Origin: Jimgerdemannia flammicorona
Lineage: Eukaryota
Assembly: GCA_003990765.1 (NCBI GenBank)
Contig: RBNJ01000051.1
Location: forward strand, 1 to 46,862
Length of the DNA stretch: 46,862 nt
Direction of reading: 5' to 3'
Shown: one piece after another, positions 25,255 through 38,172 of the stretch
Position numbering within the stretch: position 1 is the first letter of the stretch
How the letters are laid out: each line of letters opens with the position of its first letter
Program-made: the position numbers and the translations under genes
Notes under the pieces: generated by a model
The model's input: the letters and a program-made list of their open reading frames with translations, nothing else
Databases searched by the model: none
What the model was told of the DNA's origin: nothing

Positions 25255-25538
25255 CCAGATGATAGTAGTGACAATAGTGATAATAGTGACAATGGTAATA
25301 ATAGTAATAAGAAAGAAATAGAGTATTATAATGGTAAAGAGACAGAGGATCAAAATATATTTAGACAGATAGTAGAGACTAATAATAACAGATAGTAGAT
25401 ATAATAGATAATAATAATAATAATAATACTAAATATAGTAACAGCAGTGATGGATATATTGATAAGTTTGAGGCAGATAGATATATTGATAAGTTCAAGA
25501 AAGATAGGTATATTGATGAGTTTGGTGCAGATAGGTAC
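25255..25538. repeat. Low-complexity tract and 28-bp tandem repeat (x3)
   Basis: (gatagtagt/gacaatagt)n and (aat)n; gatatattgataagtttgaggcagatag units at ~25452-25538. Confidence 0.7.
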
Positions 25539-26760
25539 TATAAGTATATAATCTCCAAGCTACTGAATTGTATGTCACCCTCAGAATAAATTCAGAAATC
25601 ACATATAAGATTATGAAGCTAAGTCAAACAGAAGTTATAGATTATGAAGCTGAGTTTACTCAAAGTTATAGAATACAAGATTTATATTAACAGAACCTTA
25701 CCAATCAGAACTAAAAGTATATATACTGAATATATATGTAGTTCATCAAAACAGAGAATTATAACAAATCAAAAAAACAACTGCAACTCTCAAATATGAC
25801 TACTGAAATCTACAACTATATATATACTGATATTTGAAATGATATTATCAACCAAGCTATAGTATCTCTGCTTCTTATGAATATCTATAGTCTAGTACTC
25901 CTCTATTTTGTAGAAGTCTGATAGAATGTCCTAAACATGCTTAGTGAGGCCCACTGAATTGAATAAATCTCAAGCTACTATCAGATTGACTGCTTACTAG
26001 AAGATATGATTAATCACCACTATGATACAGATATTACTGAAATATCTCAACACCAGAAACTCATTACTCATAAATACCAAGAACTCTTTTATGAGTACAG
26101 TATCTTTATTTCCTATCTCTGAGTTACTACTACTATAATGGTTGTCACTTTAATCTATGGCCAAATCAATAATATGATATAAGAACTCAACTACAAATAT
26201 ATCAAGTATACTTAAATCACAGACAGACCCTTCCTCTATCTAGATAATCATATCCTACAAATTCTCCAAGTTAGATATACTATGAAGGATATCTATAATA
26301 TAATCCAGTTTAACAATAATAAAGTAAAAGATAATAATCTCTCCAATACTAATATGACCTCCAGACAAGGATCCCTACCAATGTCAATCATTCTGCCAAC
26401 CTTACTGATAAACTTATAATAGTTCATAACTATATATAAGACTTATTGGAATAATGACCACTATCATGAGTATTAACCTACATTCATATCTGACTACTTT
26501 AACTATAATGAAGAGACTGAAGAATATAATCTATACCTCCAGATAATTCTCAAAATAGAACCAACAACTCTATCTCATAAGTATGAGTGAAATGAACAAC
26601 AGCTATCAGTATACTACAACTCTATTACACATAGTACCATAACCTGCCGAAGGTATGCTGACATTAAATCTAATAAAAATAAAGATAATACACTCCGTCT
26701 CTGCCCACTGACACCCTATTCAGCATATGAGACAGATGATGTAATCCTATGAGATGGGGA
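25539..26760 (+). mobile_element. Partial LTR of family 2, with U3 ORF remnant from 25796
   Basis: Starts tataag (decayed tgtaag); matches the reverse complement of 40221 down to ~38975; cut by a LINE. Confidence 0.88.
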
Positions 26761-29700
26761 CTCTGGAGAGATAGAAGGGTATATATATACTGGGCAAATG
26801 GTCTGAGAATAAGGATTGATAGGATGCTGATAGTGGACTGCTGAGGTTTGGATATTTGGAAGTTACTGGAGGCTAAGTGGTATCTATGGTCTAATTACTG
26901 GAGCTGTTGGAGCAGGGTCATTTCAGGGGGAGTGGGGATGGGCCTGGACATTGGTGCCTCAATTCCTCTTTATTGGCTAAGAAGGTGTTGTGGGATAAGT
27001 GAGTGGAGGACATTCAGTAGAGAATAGAGGGTTGGGTATAGGAGGGTACCATAGTTGGTATCTAATAAATGAGGTTGAAGGAGGCTGCTAGGTTTACTGG
27101 AATAAATCTGGCAAGGCAACAGGAAGGCAGAAGAGGAGGAGGGTAGCCTGGGCTTCTGCTAGATTAGCTGGGCTTTTGAAAGATTGGGCAGAGCTCTTGG
27201 CCCTGGAGGGGGTGGAAGACTGGAGGGTGATGTAGGTGAAGCTAGTGGTTGCAAAGTTACAACAGGTGTTAAGAGAGGAAAAAGAGATATAAGTGTGGAG
27301 TTTGGCTACATAGCTATGCTGGCATGGGCCAAAGGAGGGGGAGAGGCCCTCTAAGTGCCTTTCAAGGACCCTTTGGATGAGGAGAGTAAGGTAGAGATGG
27401 GAGGGGGTTCTTGATTCTGATGATCTGTTGGTGCATAGTTTATAAGATATTCTAGACTTATTGAAGGAGAGGTGGAGTGGTTTGTGGAGTGAGGAGGAGG
27501 GTGGGGCAGATGCTGCCACTGTAGAACATTAGAGGAATGGTACTCACTATAAGTAAATAGGCAGAGCAGCTTGATAGTGCCAGTTCAGGAGGAGAAAATT
27601 TGCCAGGTTCTTGCCATAACTATGCTAGGCATGGTACCAGGAGAGGATGGTCTGGGACTTTTGGAAGAAGATGGTAGATATCCCTGAAGTGCTGGAAGAG
27701 TTGATAGCACTTTGTGACTTGGTACTGTAGTCAGGAAGATAGGTGGGTGAGCAGGACCTGGGGCTGGTGGCTCTGCTTTTTAAGGACAAGAGTAAGAGGG
27801 AGAACTGGAAGAACTGGTAGCCCATTATGCTTCTGGACATGGACAGGAAGTTGGTCACTAAGATTGTGGTGGCAAGGCTGCAGAAGGTGGCCCAGCAAGT
27901 CTTGGGTGAGGAGTAGTAAGGTTTTGTAGAGGGCTAGCTCATTAGGGATGGCATGGCCTGGGTGCATGGTGTTATTGGAGGGGCTTGAGCCTGTGGACTA
28001 GATGGGAGATTGGTCTTCTTAGATTGAAAGAAAGCATATGATTGTATTTGGTGGGTCTGACTGGCAAAGATTCTGGATAGGATTAGTATCTCTCAGTAGT
28101 TCCAAGTAATAATAATCAGTCTGCTAGAAGGGAGTAGAGCAGTACTCATATATAATGAGTATAGAGGGGTAGCATTCTCTCTAGAGAGGGGTGTTCCCCA
28201 GAGAGACCCACTGTCTCCTATTTTATATACTCTGTTCTTGGAGCCATTGATGGATAGAATTTGGCAGAAGATAGTAGAGCTCTTGGTATTCAGTATTGTG
28301 TGGAAAGTTGGAGCCTTTGTAGATGATATAGTGATTGGTCTAGAATTGATTGCTGATGTCAAGAAACTCTGAAAATCAGTGGAGTGGTATGAGGTACACT
28401 CTGGAGCTAAACTTAACTGATATAAGTGTGAAATAATAGTGTTAGGCAATAGTCTGGTGGGAGGGGATGCCATTGGAACAATTGTCCCTACTGGAGAGAC
28501 TGTGAGATACTTGGGTATCTATCTTTCAGTATATGGGTCAGTCCTATCAAGATCTTAGTAGAAGTAATGAGTGGCTATCTGGGGGGAGGTCTTGTGAAGT
28601 TGGAGTGGCTGCCAATTATCTTTGGCAGGGCACATTACAATTTTGAATGTCTACTGGCTGCCAAAGTTATGGTATTTGGCATATCATCTGGACTTTCCAG
28701 CCTAGGTGGTAAAGAGACTATTGAAGTTAACCAAAGATTGGATCTGGGCTGGGAGGAGGAGTCAGATTAGCTGGGAAATCTTATCATTATCAGTGGCTAG
28801 AAGAGGCCTTAGGCTGGTTGACTTCTCAAAGAGGTTGTATTGTCTGAGAGTATGGTGGCTAAAGAGAGCAGTGGAACTGAGGGGTAGTAGCTGGGTTTTG
28901 CTGATAAAGAGGGTCTGAGAGATGAGGTGCTCATTGAGAGGATCTACCAGGGATCTACTATCTTTGGTTGGGCTTTAAAATAGTGATTGCATGAGGTTTA
29001 AGGACTTCTGGTGAGGAGTAGTTAATGCTCACTACATCAGAATTCACTGACAGAGAGATTAAGGAAAGATATCTTGGAGCCTAGCAATGTAGAGATGAGA
29101 TCGAGTATGACTGTGGAGTACTCTCCTTATAGACTTTGATATTGGTGATAGAGTCAAGTACCAGAGGGGGTTGGGACAAGATGTATGGCCTAGTAGTTGG
29201 CAGATAGTTGATATTGACAAGGAGTGGAACTGGAATAGAGTCTGGGCCTAGAGTGTAGAGATAAGGTAATAGTTGCCACTTAAGTACTGGGTGGTTTAGT
29301 GGTATATACTGCAGAGGAATATCATACTCAACTTTCACTCAGATCACCTTATAGAGAGGGGGAGCTTTGACTGTGAGGAGTGCTATAATATAGAATAGGA
29401 AGAAGAGTTTGTACAGATGTTAGAATATTGGCTGAGAGAGTGTAAGGTACTTGGCAATTTTTGGTTAATAGTTGAAAATAGATTGGATGTGATGTATAAG
29501 AGGGATGATGAGAGGGGTTGATGGGAGAATCTGAGGGATAGATTGATAGAGGGGGGGTAGAAGGAGTGGCTCACTTTAGGTAGAGTATTAGCTATATGAG
29601 TGGGGCTGGCAGGTAACTGGCTGTTTGTTTTTAAGAAAGAGAAGCATTTGAGTTTGGAAGAGTAGTTTTTGAGATGGGAAGGGTTGATGGAGGATATCTT

Positions 29701-29876
29701 AACAGGCTGGTGGCTGGGATGGGGTCTACAGAGAGGTTGGTGGTACTATTTAGTAGAGAAAATTTGTGGGCAGAGTGAGGGAAAAGTTGAAGTAGTGAGT
29801 GGCAAGGTGGTATTCAAGTATGAGGGTGTGGGGGGGTGGGCCCCCTAGGGTATTGGATAGTAGGAGGGAGTAATAT
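26761..29876 (+). mobile_element. LINE ORF2 fragment (APE C-terminus and RT; L1/Tx1-like), degenerate
   Basis: RIDR and decayed WSDH; NW*PIMLLDMDRKLVTK, GFVEG*LI, LD*KKAYD, RGVPQRDPLSPILY, AFVDD, VRYLGIYL. Confidence 0.9.
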
Positions 29877-29904
29877 AATTATATTTGATAGATTAGTAAT
29901 AAAT

Positions 29905-30660
29905 GGTAAAAGTACACCATAGGGACCACTACTTCCCTGACCACTACTCCAGTCTTCAGAGCCTCATCAAGTGGGCCTGCCTCCTCAAAGCCCACTTCAA
30001 TACCCTCAAGACTCTTCAGGAACTTCACCAAAGTGGCCTCAGCCACCTGCTTTGAGATAAGCCCCAGAACCATCCTTGCCATCACTGCCAAGCTTCAGAA
30101 GTACAAGGTAGCCACATACTCCAAGATTGACTTCTTGAGCAATGGTGCTTCTGCCAGCCCCATCATACTATCTGCCAGATCCCCCTTCTGCATCAGGAAC
30201 CCCTGTCCCACCTTGTCATCAGCCATTACATCTCTTTTTTTTTTCTAATTCCCTGTCATACTCCTATCAGTAGTCTCACCTCCAGCCATAGCACCTCTAG
30301 CCCCTATACTTACATCCCTCACCTGGGTACTGCCTCTCCTACCAATAGTAGCCTTGTCCTTCCCCTCAGCAGCACCAGCTCTTGCTCCAACCAGCCATCC
30401 ACTTTCCTTCACCTTGTCTGCAAAGCTAGGGAGGCCAGACCTTCCCCTATTTCCACTCAATACCAGTCCTCCTCCAGAGCCCTCTCTACCCTTCAACCCT
30501 CCAAGACCCCCATCTCCAGGCCATAACCTCTCCCCACATACTGCCTCAGATCTATCTGATCCAGCATACTCATTAGAACTTTTACTCAATGATATTTTTA
30601 TAGTACCTTTTCTCTGAGTTGGATTGAAAACTGTTGCTTGAAGTTGGTGTAATGTGAATT
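29905..30660 (-). mobile_element. 5' end/ORF1 of putative LINE, subfamily b
   Basis: Homologous to 46431-46862 from the same start point; Gly-rich N-terminus with SFADKVK. Confidence 0.65.
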
Positions 30661-31326
30661 ATACAGGAGAAAGGTAGTGATGGCCACCTGCTTAGTAATA
30701 AGCCCTAGCATCATTTTCACTATTACTGCTAGACCCTGGAAGTACAGCATAACTACAAATACCAAGATCAACTTTTTGAGTAATGGGGCTACCATCAGGC
30801 CCATCACACTATCTGCCAAATTCCCCTACCTTTCAAGCCCCAACTGCTCAGCCTTGCCATCAGCAGTTACATCTGGATTTTTTTCTAGATTGGCAGTCCT
30901 GTCACCATCAGCTATCACATTCACCCCAGCTACTACACCCCCAGCTCTACTGCTCCCACCACCAAGGGCTACTCCTCTATGTACTGCCACCTTCTCCATA
31001 TTCTTGCCTTTTCTCAGCCACCCCTCCAGTCCAGACACCTGCTGTCTCTCTTTCACTATCTCTGTAAAGCTCACTCTTCCCAACCCCTGTCCTCTACCAC
31101 TGCTTTCTTCCCTTCTGTATCCTCCTGCCAGCAGCTCCCTCATATTTCCCCCCAGGTCAGGGCCTCTCTCCACATGCTGCCAGTTGAATGTACTTGAGTC
31201 ACTCTGCTCAATATGTACCTCAGATTGCCTATCAGTCATTATGTTGCTAGTCTCTTTTCTCCAAGAACAATATTGTAAGTACTTTCCAAAGATTATGTAA
31301 CCTAAATGATACTAGAGAAAGATGTG
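30661..31326 (-). mobile_element. 5' end/ORF1 of putative LINE, subfamily a
   Basis: Same start (catctttctct...) and homology as 37143-38172. Confidence 0.65.
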
Positions 31327-32231
31327 AGATTTTCTTCTTCTATATAATGATTATGGATTTGCTACTAATCATGGATTTAATACTAATTATGGATTTGCTA
31401 CTTATATGGATTTGCCACTGATCAAAAAATTAGTTATTAACAACTGATCTCAAAAATTGAAAATAAATAAATATAGACTAAGACAGATATTTATTATTTT
31501 TATATATTTTAGATCAAAAATATACATCATACTTCTGATTTTGTTGTACAAAAACTACTTGAAGAAGAGCAGACTATAGTTAGATGAGATCTTTTAGATA
31601 ATGAAGTTAAGATTGCAGAATAAGATATATTTAATAGATAAAATATATTATATTCTGATACAATTCTTATAGAAGCTATTTTAGAGAATTCTAAAAAAGC
31701 TATTAGATTTGACTATGCTCAATATGTAATATGAGAAGAGATTCATAATATTGCTCTATATACTCTTACTCAATATATAAGGTAAATATTAAATATAAAT
31801 AATAATTAACTCAATAATTATAAAGAGATTTATTTTTATATAATTTTTTTTTTTTTTTTAAATATATTTAGAATCTGAAACATATAAAGAATTTCAAGCA
31901 AAAAATATATAAAGAGCTCTTTGATGAGATATTCAATCTCAATATTATAATAGCAAGAATACTTTTAGATATTTGAATATAAATATATTTCAACAATGTG
32001 ATTTTTTAGACAAGACAGATGAATAAGATAATATTTTAGACTATCAGGATAGAACAGTGAGTATAATTTATTTATTTAAAATTATAGTATTTAACCAAAA
32101 TAATAATTTGCTCAGCTGTCAGTTGATATTATAGTAGAATTATTCAATATTCTGATCAAAGATTTCACTTTGATTCTCTGTAAGATAAATAGAATGAAAA
32201 TCTATCTTTATCTTATAAAGTTAGTAGATAT
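31327..32231. repeat. Inverted copy 2 of the AT-rich duplicated sequence, containing the empty site for element B and an 18-bp tandem repeat at ~31350-31420
   Basis: Reverse complement joins 14358-14977 directly to 23779-24053 with a single ctat; decayed reading frames with gt..ag intron-like gaps (e.g. ~31782-31871). Confidence 0.85.
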
Positions 32232-33811
32232 TGTAATAGTGACCTCAGAATGATGATATCAGTACAGGAGACAGCCTTTTCTTACAAGCTACCAGATCAG
32301 AGCACAAGAAGATTATACAGCATTACTTACCCAGACTATAAAAAAAGCAATAATGACTAACTGTAAGTCATTGTGACTATAAGACAGACATCTTGAGGAA
32401 TATAAAAGAAGGATCAAGAAACTAATAGCAGCAATTCAAACAAGACTCATAGAAATAGTTCAAAAGACTTATTATAAATAAATGTCTGCTGCTTACCAAA
32501 CCTCAAGGTCCAGGAACCACCAAGGTCTCTCAGTCCAGGATAGGATGTTTCAAGACATCAGAAGAGCCATGGAGACCTACATAAGAAGGACTCCCAGCCT
32601 CAACCTGGGTACTAGTGATCCTTATCATTATATCCTCTACTGCTATGAAATGGAAACAAGGATCAACATTACCACTAAATACCTCTGAATATAGCAGAAG
32701 TATGAAATAGGAAATCTCCTCTGCTGGGAATTCCCTCAGGCCAGTCTCCAAGAAATATAAGATACTACTCCCATAGATATATATAAAATAAGGACAGTGA
32801 AGAAGATTCATTAGATCTTTCGACATACACTATGGTCAATCTCTAACTTGAAGTATACTAGAATCTCAGACTTCAAGGAACTATTAGCTTGCTGCACAAA
32901 TACATTGGAGACCATGGTGGCCACAGAAGTCCAGTCCACTATCACCCTCAATAGTGATAAAGTAGAAGACTTCTAGTATCCTATTCTCTAGGACAATCCA
33001 GATCAATTTATACAAAGATTGATCTCAGCATTCTAAGGCCCCAGCATCTAGGTTAGATCTCCCCAAGACCCCACATTTATTCCTTATTTTGTAGAAGAGA
33101 ACCTCATAGACTAGAGAGCTCTAGACCTCCTTACTCTCTCTACTGCTAAATGTGATGATATCATTGGCAATGATATCATCCTGCACAATATGTACATAGT
33201 ACACAAAATGTGTGATAAATATAATGAGATAGACAAAACATTCACAGATCTCTTTTCCTTCAGCAGTAATGAAGATGAAGCCCCCATGATCTTGAATATT
33301 CTGCTCTAAGATTCTTGGTAATACTGAAATCTTCTGACATCCTTTTTATGTGTAACTGAGTTCTACCAGCATCCTTTTTCTATGATATCTGAATCTTTGA
33401 GCACTCTTTTCCTATACTACCAAAATCTACTAGCATCCTAAACTTGTGTAACCATTTGTATAGATACTCAAATTTGTACTTATAATCATAGTTTTCTGTA
33501 TTCTAGTATTTTATTTGGTTATTGGAATTTATATTTAGCTTTATAACTTAGCAATCATTGAATTATATTTTATATAAATACTCCTCTTATTTCCTTTGAA
33601 ATAAAGTCAGTTCCAGTTCACTTATACTCAATTCCATATAAGCAATCTAAGAGATAATAAGACAGTTTAAAGATAAGAATTTTGAGGACTATAAGATTTT
33701 AGGAAGGTACTCCAATAAGAACTTACTTATAACAAACTTGTGGTTAGTCTAAGAGATATACCTTGAAGAGAATCTGATATATTTGAAGGACTCAACAACT
33801 ACTACATGACA
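32232..33811 (+). repeat. 5' LTR of copy C, with U3 ORF remnant 32482-~33310
   Basis: MSAAYQTSRSRNHQG...; TATAAA at 33573-33578, AATAAA at 33600-33605. Confidence 0.92.
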
Positions 33812-36800
33812 ACTTTGTGCTCATTGACTAGTGATTTAAGACAAATCCCTCACTTTCAAGCTGAAAAATGAACCACTACCACAATAACTACTCTGACTAC
33901 AAGAGTCACCCCTGCAAGAATTCAAGATAAGATAAAAATGCATCCCTACACATTCTATGGATATACTACTGAAGAGTCAATCCTGACCTTTATTGAAGAC
34001 TTAGAATAATTTGCTGTCATATGAGCTCTTGTCATGGATGTACAATTGGTCCTTCTACCTGTCAGCCTCAGAGGACATGCCAGAGATAAGTTTAATGCAA
34101 TCACAATTGCTAATACTGATGAAGCCAAACTTGTCAACATAAAGACCTTCTACAGAACTACATACTATATTAAAGAGATCAAGCAAGCTCTCAAGATCAA
34201 CTCAATACTATCTGTCAGAGACTTAGTAAAGACTTCAACTTATTCTACATCCAAATCTGCCACTAAATTGTCTTGGCTGACTATGATGATGCCCTTAAGG
34301 AACAAATAGCTAATTCAACCTTTGTTAAAGGAGTTTACTCTGAAATTGTCCTAGCAATTCAGTTTACGAGATATTGAACTGCCAGACACCCTGCTAAATA
34401 CTCAATGGAGAACATAACTGGCATTAAGATAGAGCCATCAAAGCCAACCAGTATCATACCCACCATAGTCATAAACAGACAACCCTCCCCACCTACTCCT
34501 AAGATAGTGAAAGCAGATCCAGTGGAGGAACTCACCAAGCAGTTTGCCAAGATGACTGCATATCTTGGTGATATTATTAGAGAAGTCTGAAGCACCAACA
34601 GGAGACCAGTATAGAGATTTGCAGTTGCTATAGAAGAATACAATATCACATACTTCAGATGTAGAGAAGAAGGCCACTATATAAAGAGTTGCATAATCAA
34701 AACAAGATGCAAAGCCCAACTAAGCAATACTACTAGAACCAGAGAATAAACCAATATAGTAGTCATCAAGGAGATTGGTAATACTGATGATGAAGAATAT
34801 TATAAAGAGTTCGAATTCTACTCTATTACTGAAGGTACCAGAACCTGGTCCAAGCCCTATGACAAGAAGAGCAACATCAAGCCAGTTGGAAGACTAAAGA
34901 AGACTCCAGTTGTCACTATTCAAAGCAAAACCCAACCTGAGGAGATTGATCAAGACATGAAGTTAGATGAAGCTGCCTACTAAATTATTAAAGGCACTAC
35001 TCCAGTCTCAGGAGAAAGTGAAAGTAAGAAAGAACAGAAGCTGCATAAGACCAAGATCCACCAGTATGATATCTACAAGGATCTCAAGGAACAGAAGGTC
35101 AATACTACTTTTGAACAACTAGCTGAAGTCTCCACCTTCAGACAGCAGTTGAGAGTAGGACTTGTAACCACTGTCAAGAACCAAGAGTACAGGATTGTAG
35201 AAGCTCACAAGGCACAAGAAGAATCTGAAGACTCAGGTAAAGAATCTGAAGATAAGTACAAGATATCAGCCTATACTCCATGTCAGATTGAAGATTGTAT
35301 CTTTGATGCCATCATTGATACCAGTGTTGGAGGATACCTCATGAGCAAGAAGACAATTGACTGCCTAGACTGGGATATTGAAGAGTCTACCAAAATGGTC
35401 TATGTTATAGTAGATGATATATGAGCTACTCTCTAGGTAAGATCCAAGAAGTTCCCATCAAGATAGAAGGAGCTACCATTCCAGTAGATATAATTGTTAT
35501 AAGTATCAGCAACTATAACATCCTTATTGGCAACTAATGGCTTCACAAGGCCAAGGCTGTCATTGATCTCAATGTCCAAAAGATGCAGATCAACTATAGA
35601 GGAAGAAAGATACAAGTCTCCATCAATGTCCACAAAGGAGTACTACTAGATATAGAGGAAGGAGATGAAGAGGACACAGAAGTCTTCATATACTTAGTGT
35701 ACAAGAACAAGAGCAAGACACCCAAGCTTATAGATGAGCAGTGGTACAACAAGATCATTGATGGCTATGCCCCTCAAGAAAGATACCTCCATGGTACTAG
35801 GATGTACTGCTCCAAATATCTGAATGACTGCTGGTCATATATCTGTAAAGTCAGGAAAATTCATTAATAAAAGTATGAGAAAGAAGCTGCTGAAGCAAAA
35901 AGGAAAGCTGAAGAAGATGACCAGCCCCCAGAGCTTCAAGCTGATAGTGAGATAATGAGGAGGAATAAGAACCAGACATCACTCTCAAGGTCAAGAAGTT
36001 TTACCCCAAAGCCAAGATTCCAGAATATAGACTGAAGGAGTCATAGGAATGGACCTTGCCAGTATTCAAGATACTATCCTTGAACAACAGACCACTACTC
36101 TACTTAGCACTGGAATTGGAGTCAAGTTGCTAGAGAACCATACTGGAATTATCAAGACCAGGAGCAGTCTGGCCAAAAGTAAAATCTCAGCTGAATGAGG
36201 AGTAATTGACTCTAATTATACTGGCAAGATCTTCCTCATAGTCAGGAATCACAACCTCACCACCCTATTTGAAGTTAAGAAGTATGATAGAATTGGCCAG
36301 ATGCTGATCCATGAAGTCCAGAAGCCTAAGATTACTGAAGTCATCAAACTCATCAAGACTAAGAGAGAACAAGGCTTTGGATCTACTGGAAGAGGAGTCT
36401 ATACTGCCACCAAGATTACCAAACTTGAGCAAAAGAAAGATAAAGACCAAAACAAGTACATATATACCATTAGAGAAAACCTTTCCCAAGAAGGACAACT
36501 TCTCAAGATTCTATACCAGAATGAAGGAGTACTTACTACAGACTTCAGGGACATCTACAATCAAGAACCCAAGTACTACTATGAGGTTGATACTAATGAT
36601 ACCAAGCCTATCTACCAGAAAGCCAGGTCTATACCACCTGCCAACAGAGAATAGCTATAAGCAGAACTCAAGAAAATGGAAGAAGCTGAAATCATCAAGC
36701 AAGCTATCAGTTCCTGGGCTTCATACATTGTCCTCACCCCAAAGAAAGAAAGTAAGTCTGGAGATTTTGCACCATGACTCTGCATCAATTACAGGAAGCT

Positions 36801-37142
36801 CAATATAATCACCAAAAAGGATAAACAGCCCTTGCCAAATATTTAAGAAATTCTTACTACTCTTGAAAGCAAAGTCAAATACTATACTATCTTAGATCTG
36901 TTCTCAGGCTTTCATCAGATTGGTCTCACTTAAAATATCAGTGGAAATCAGCCTTCATTATACCTGACATCACATATGTCTATCTGCAAATACCATTTGG
37001 AATGTGTAATACCTCTGTAAGTTTTTAGTAAATAATAAACAGAGTCTTTAGCAATGAGATTGGAAAATAGCTCTTTGTCTATGTTGATGATGTAATCATC
37101 TTCAGCAATACTATATGGGAATATATCAATTACATACAGCTA
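32232..37142 (+). mobile_element. Ty3/Gypsy family 1, copy C (5' LTR to mid-RT, interrupted)
   Basis: LTR 32232-33811 (tgtaa...tgaca), PBS, gag, PR (IIDTSVGG), Zn module ~35735-35855, dUTPase ~35985-36392, RT with YVDD at 37080-37091. Confidence 0.95.
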
Positions 37143-38172
37143 CATCTTTCTCTGGTAATATTCAGGTTATACAACCTTTTGGCAGTACTTTCAACACAGT
37201 TTCTGGAGAAACGCTACTAGTATCATAGCAACTGATAAGCATTCTGAGGTGCATACTGGACAGGGTGGCCTGGGTACATTTGACTGACAGTATGTGAGGA
37301 GGGGCTCTGGCTTGGGGGGAAGTATGAGGGGCCTGCTAGCAGGTGGACATAGTAGGGGAGAGGGCAGTACTGGAGGTCAGAGAACAGAGAGGGTGAGCTT
37401 TATAGACAAGGTGAGGTCAGCAGAGAGCTGGGCTGGAGGGCTGGCTTAGAAGGTGCAAGGAGATAGTGAAAACTGCAGGGCAGTAGCCTCAAGAGGGAGT
37501 CTTTCTGGGGGGCCAGAGTAGTGGGGCTGGTAGTGTAGAGGCTGAGGGGGTAACTACTGATGGGAGCATGATAGGTAATCAGGAAAAAAATCTAGATAGA
37601 ACTGCTGATGGTGGACCAAGAAGTGGGAGAGGTATGAGGTCTAGTAATCTGGCTAATAGTGTAATAGGACTAGCAGTGGCACCATTACTCAAGAAGTTGA
37701 TCTTGGAGTTCACAGTTGCCTTATACTTCCAGGGCTTAGTAGTGATAGTAAAAATTGTCCTGGGGCTGATTGCTAAGCAGGTGACTGGAGCAGTATCTGT
37801 GAAGTTTCTGAAGGGACTAGAAGGAGTGAAGGTTGGCTTTGAGGAGGCTGGAACATTAGAGGAGGCTCTGAAGGCAGGGTTGACAGTTGGAGAGGTAAGT
37901 GTTCTGATAGCACATTGCTTGAGGTGGGACTCCAGGGTGGTGCAGTTATTGGTAAATGGGGTGCCCATAGTGACCACTGAGAAGATAAGGAGGAGAGTTG
38001 TGGAAGTCATGACTGAGTATAGTGAGGTAGTAAATGTTGGATTCTAGGTCTGAGAGGGGACCTCTTTCAGTACTGGGGATGTTGATGTTCAAATTCAGTT
38101 GGCAGGGAAGAAAGCTACTAGAAAGGCTAGGAACTGGCCTTCAGTAATGGTCTGGGGGGCTTTCTTGTATAA
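37143..38172 (+). mobile_element. 5' end/ORF1 of putative LINE, subfamily a, inserted in copy C
   Basis: Homology with 30661-31326; ORF 37568-38047; interrupted by the LTR of D. Confidence 0.65.

Noticed and set aside
24600-25395. Kinase- or nuclease-like remnant (AIDFR, IEVKFG) and ORFs 25056-25292 and 25207-25395
   Set aside because: Motifs are too short and decayed; the ORFs overlap low-complexity sequence.
30677-31300. 207-aa Pro/Ser-rich plus-strand ORF
   Set aside because: Antisense of the G-rich putative LINE ORF1.
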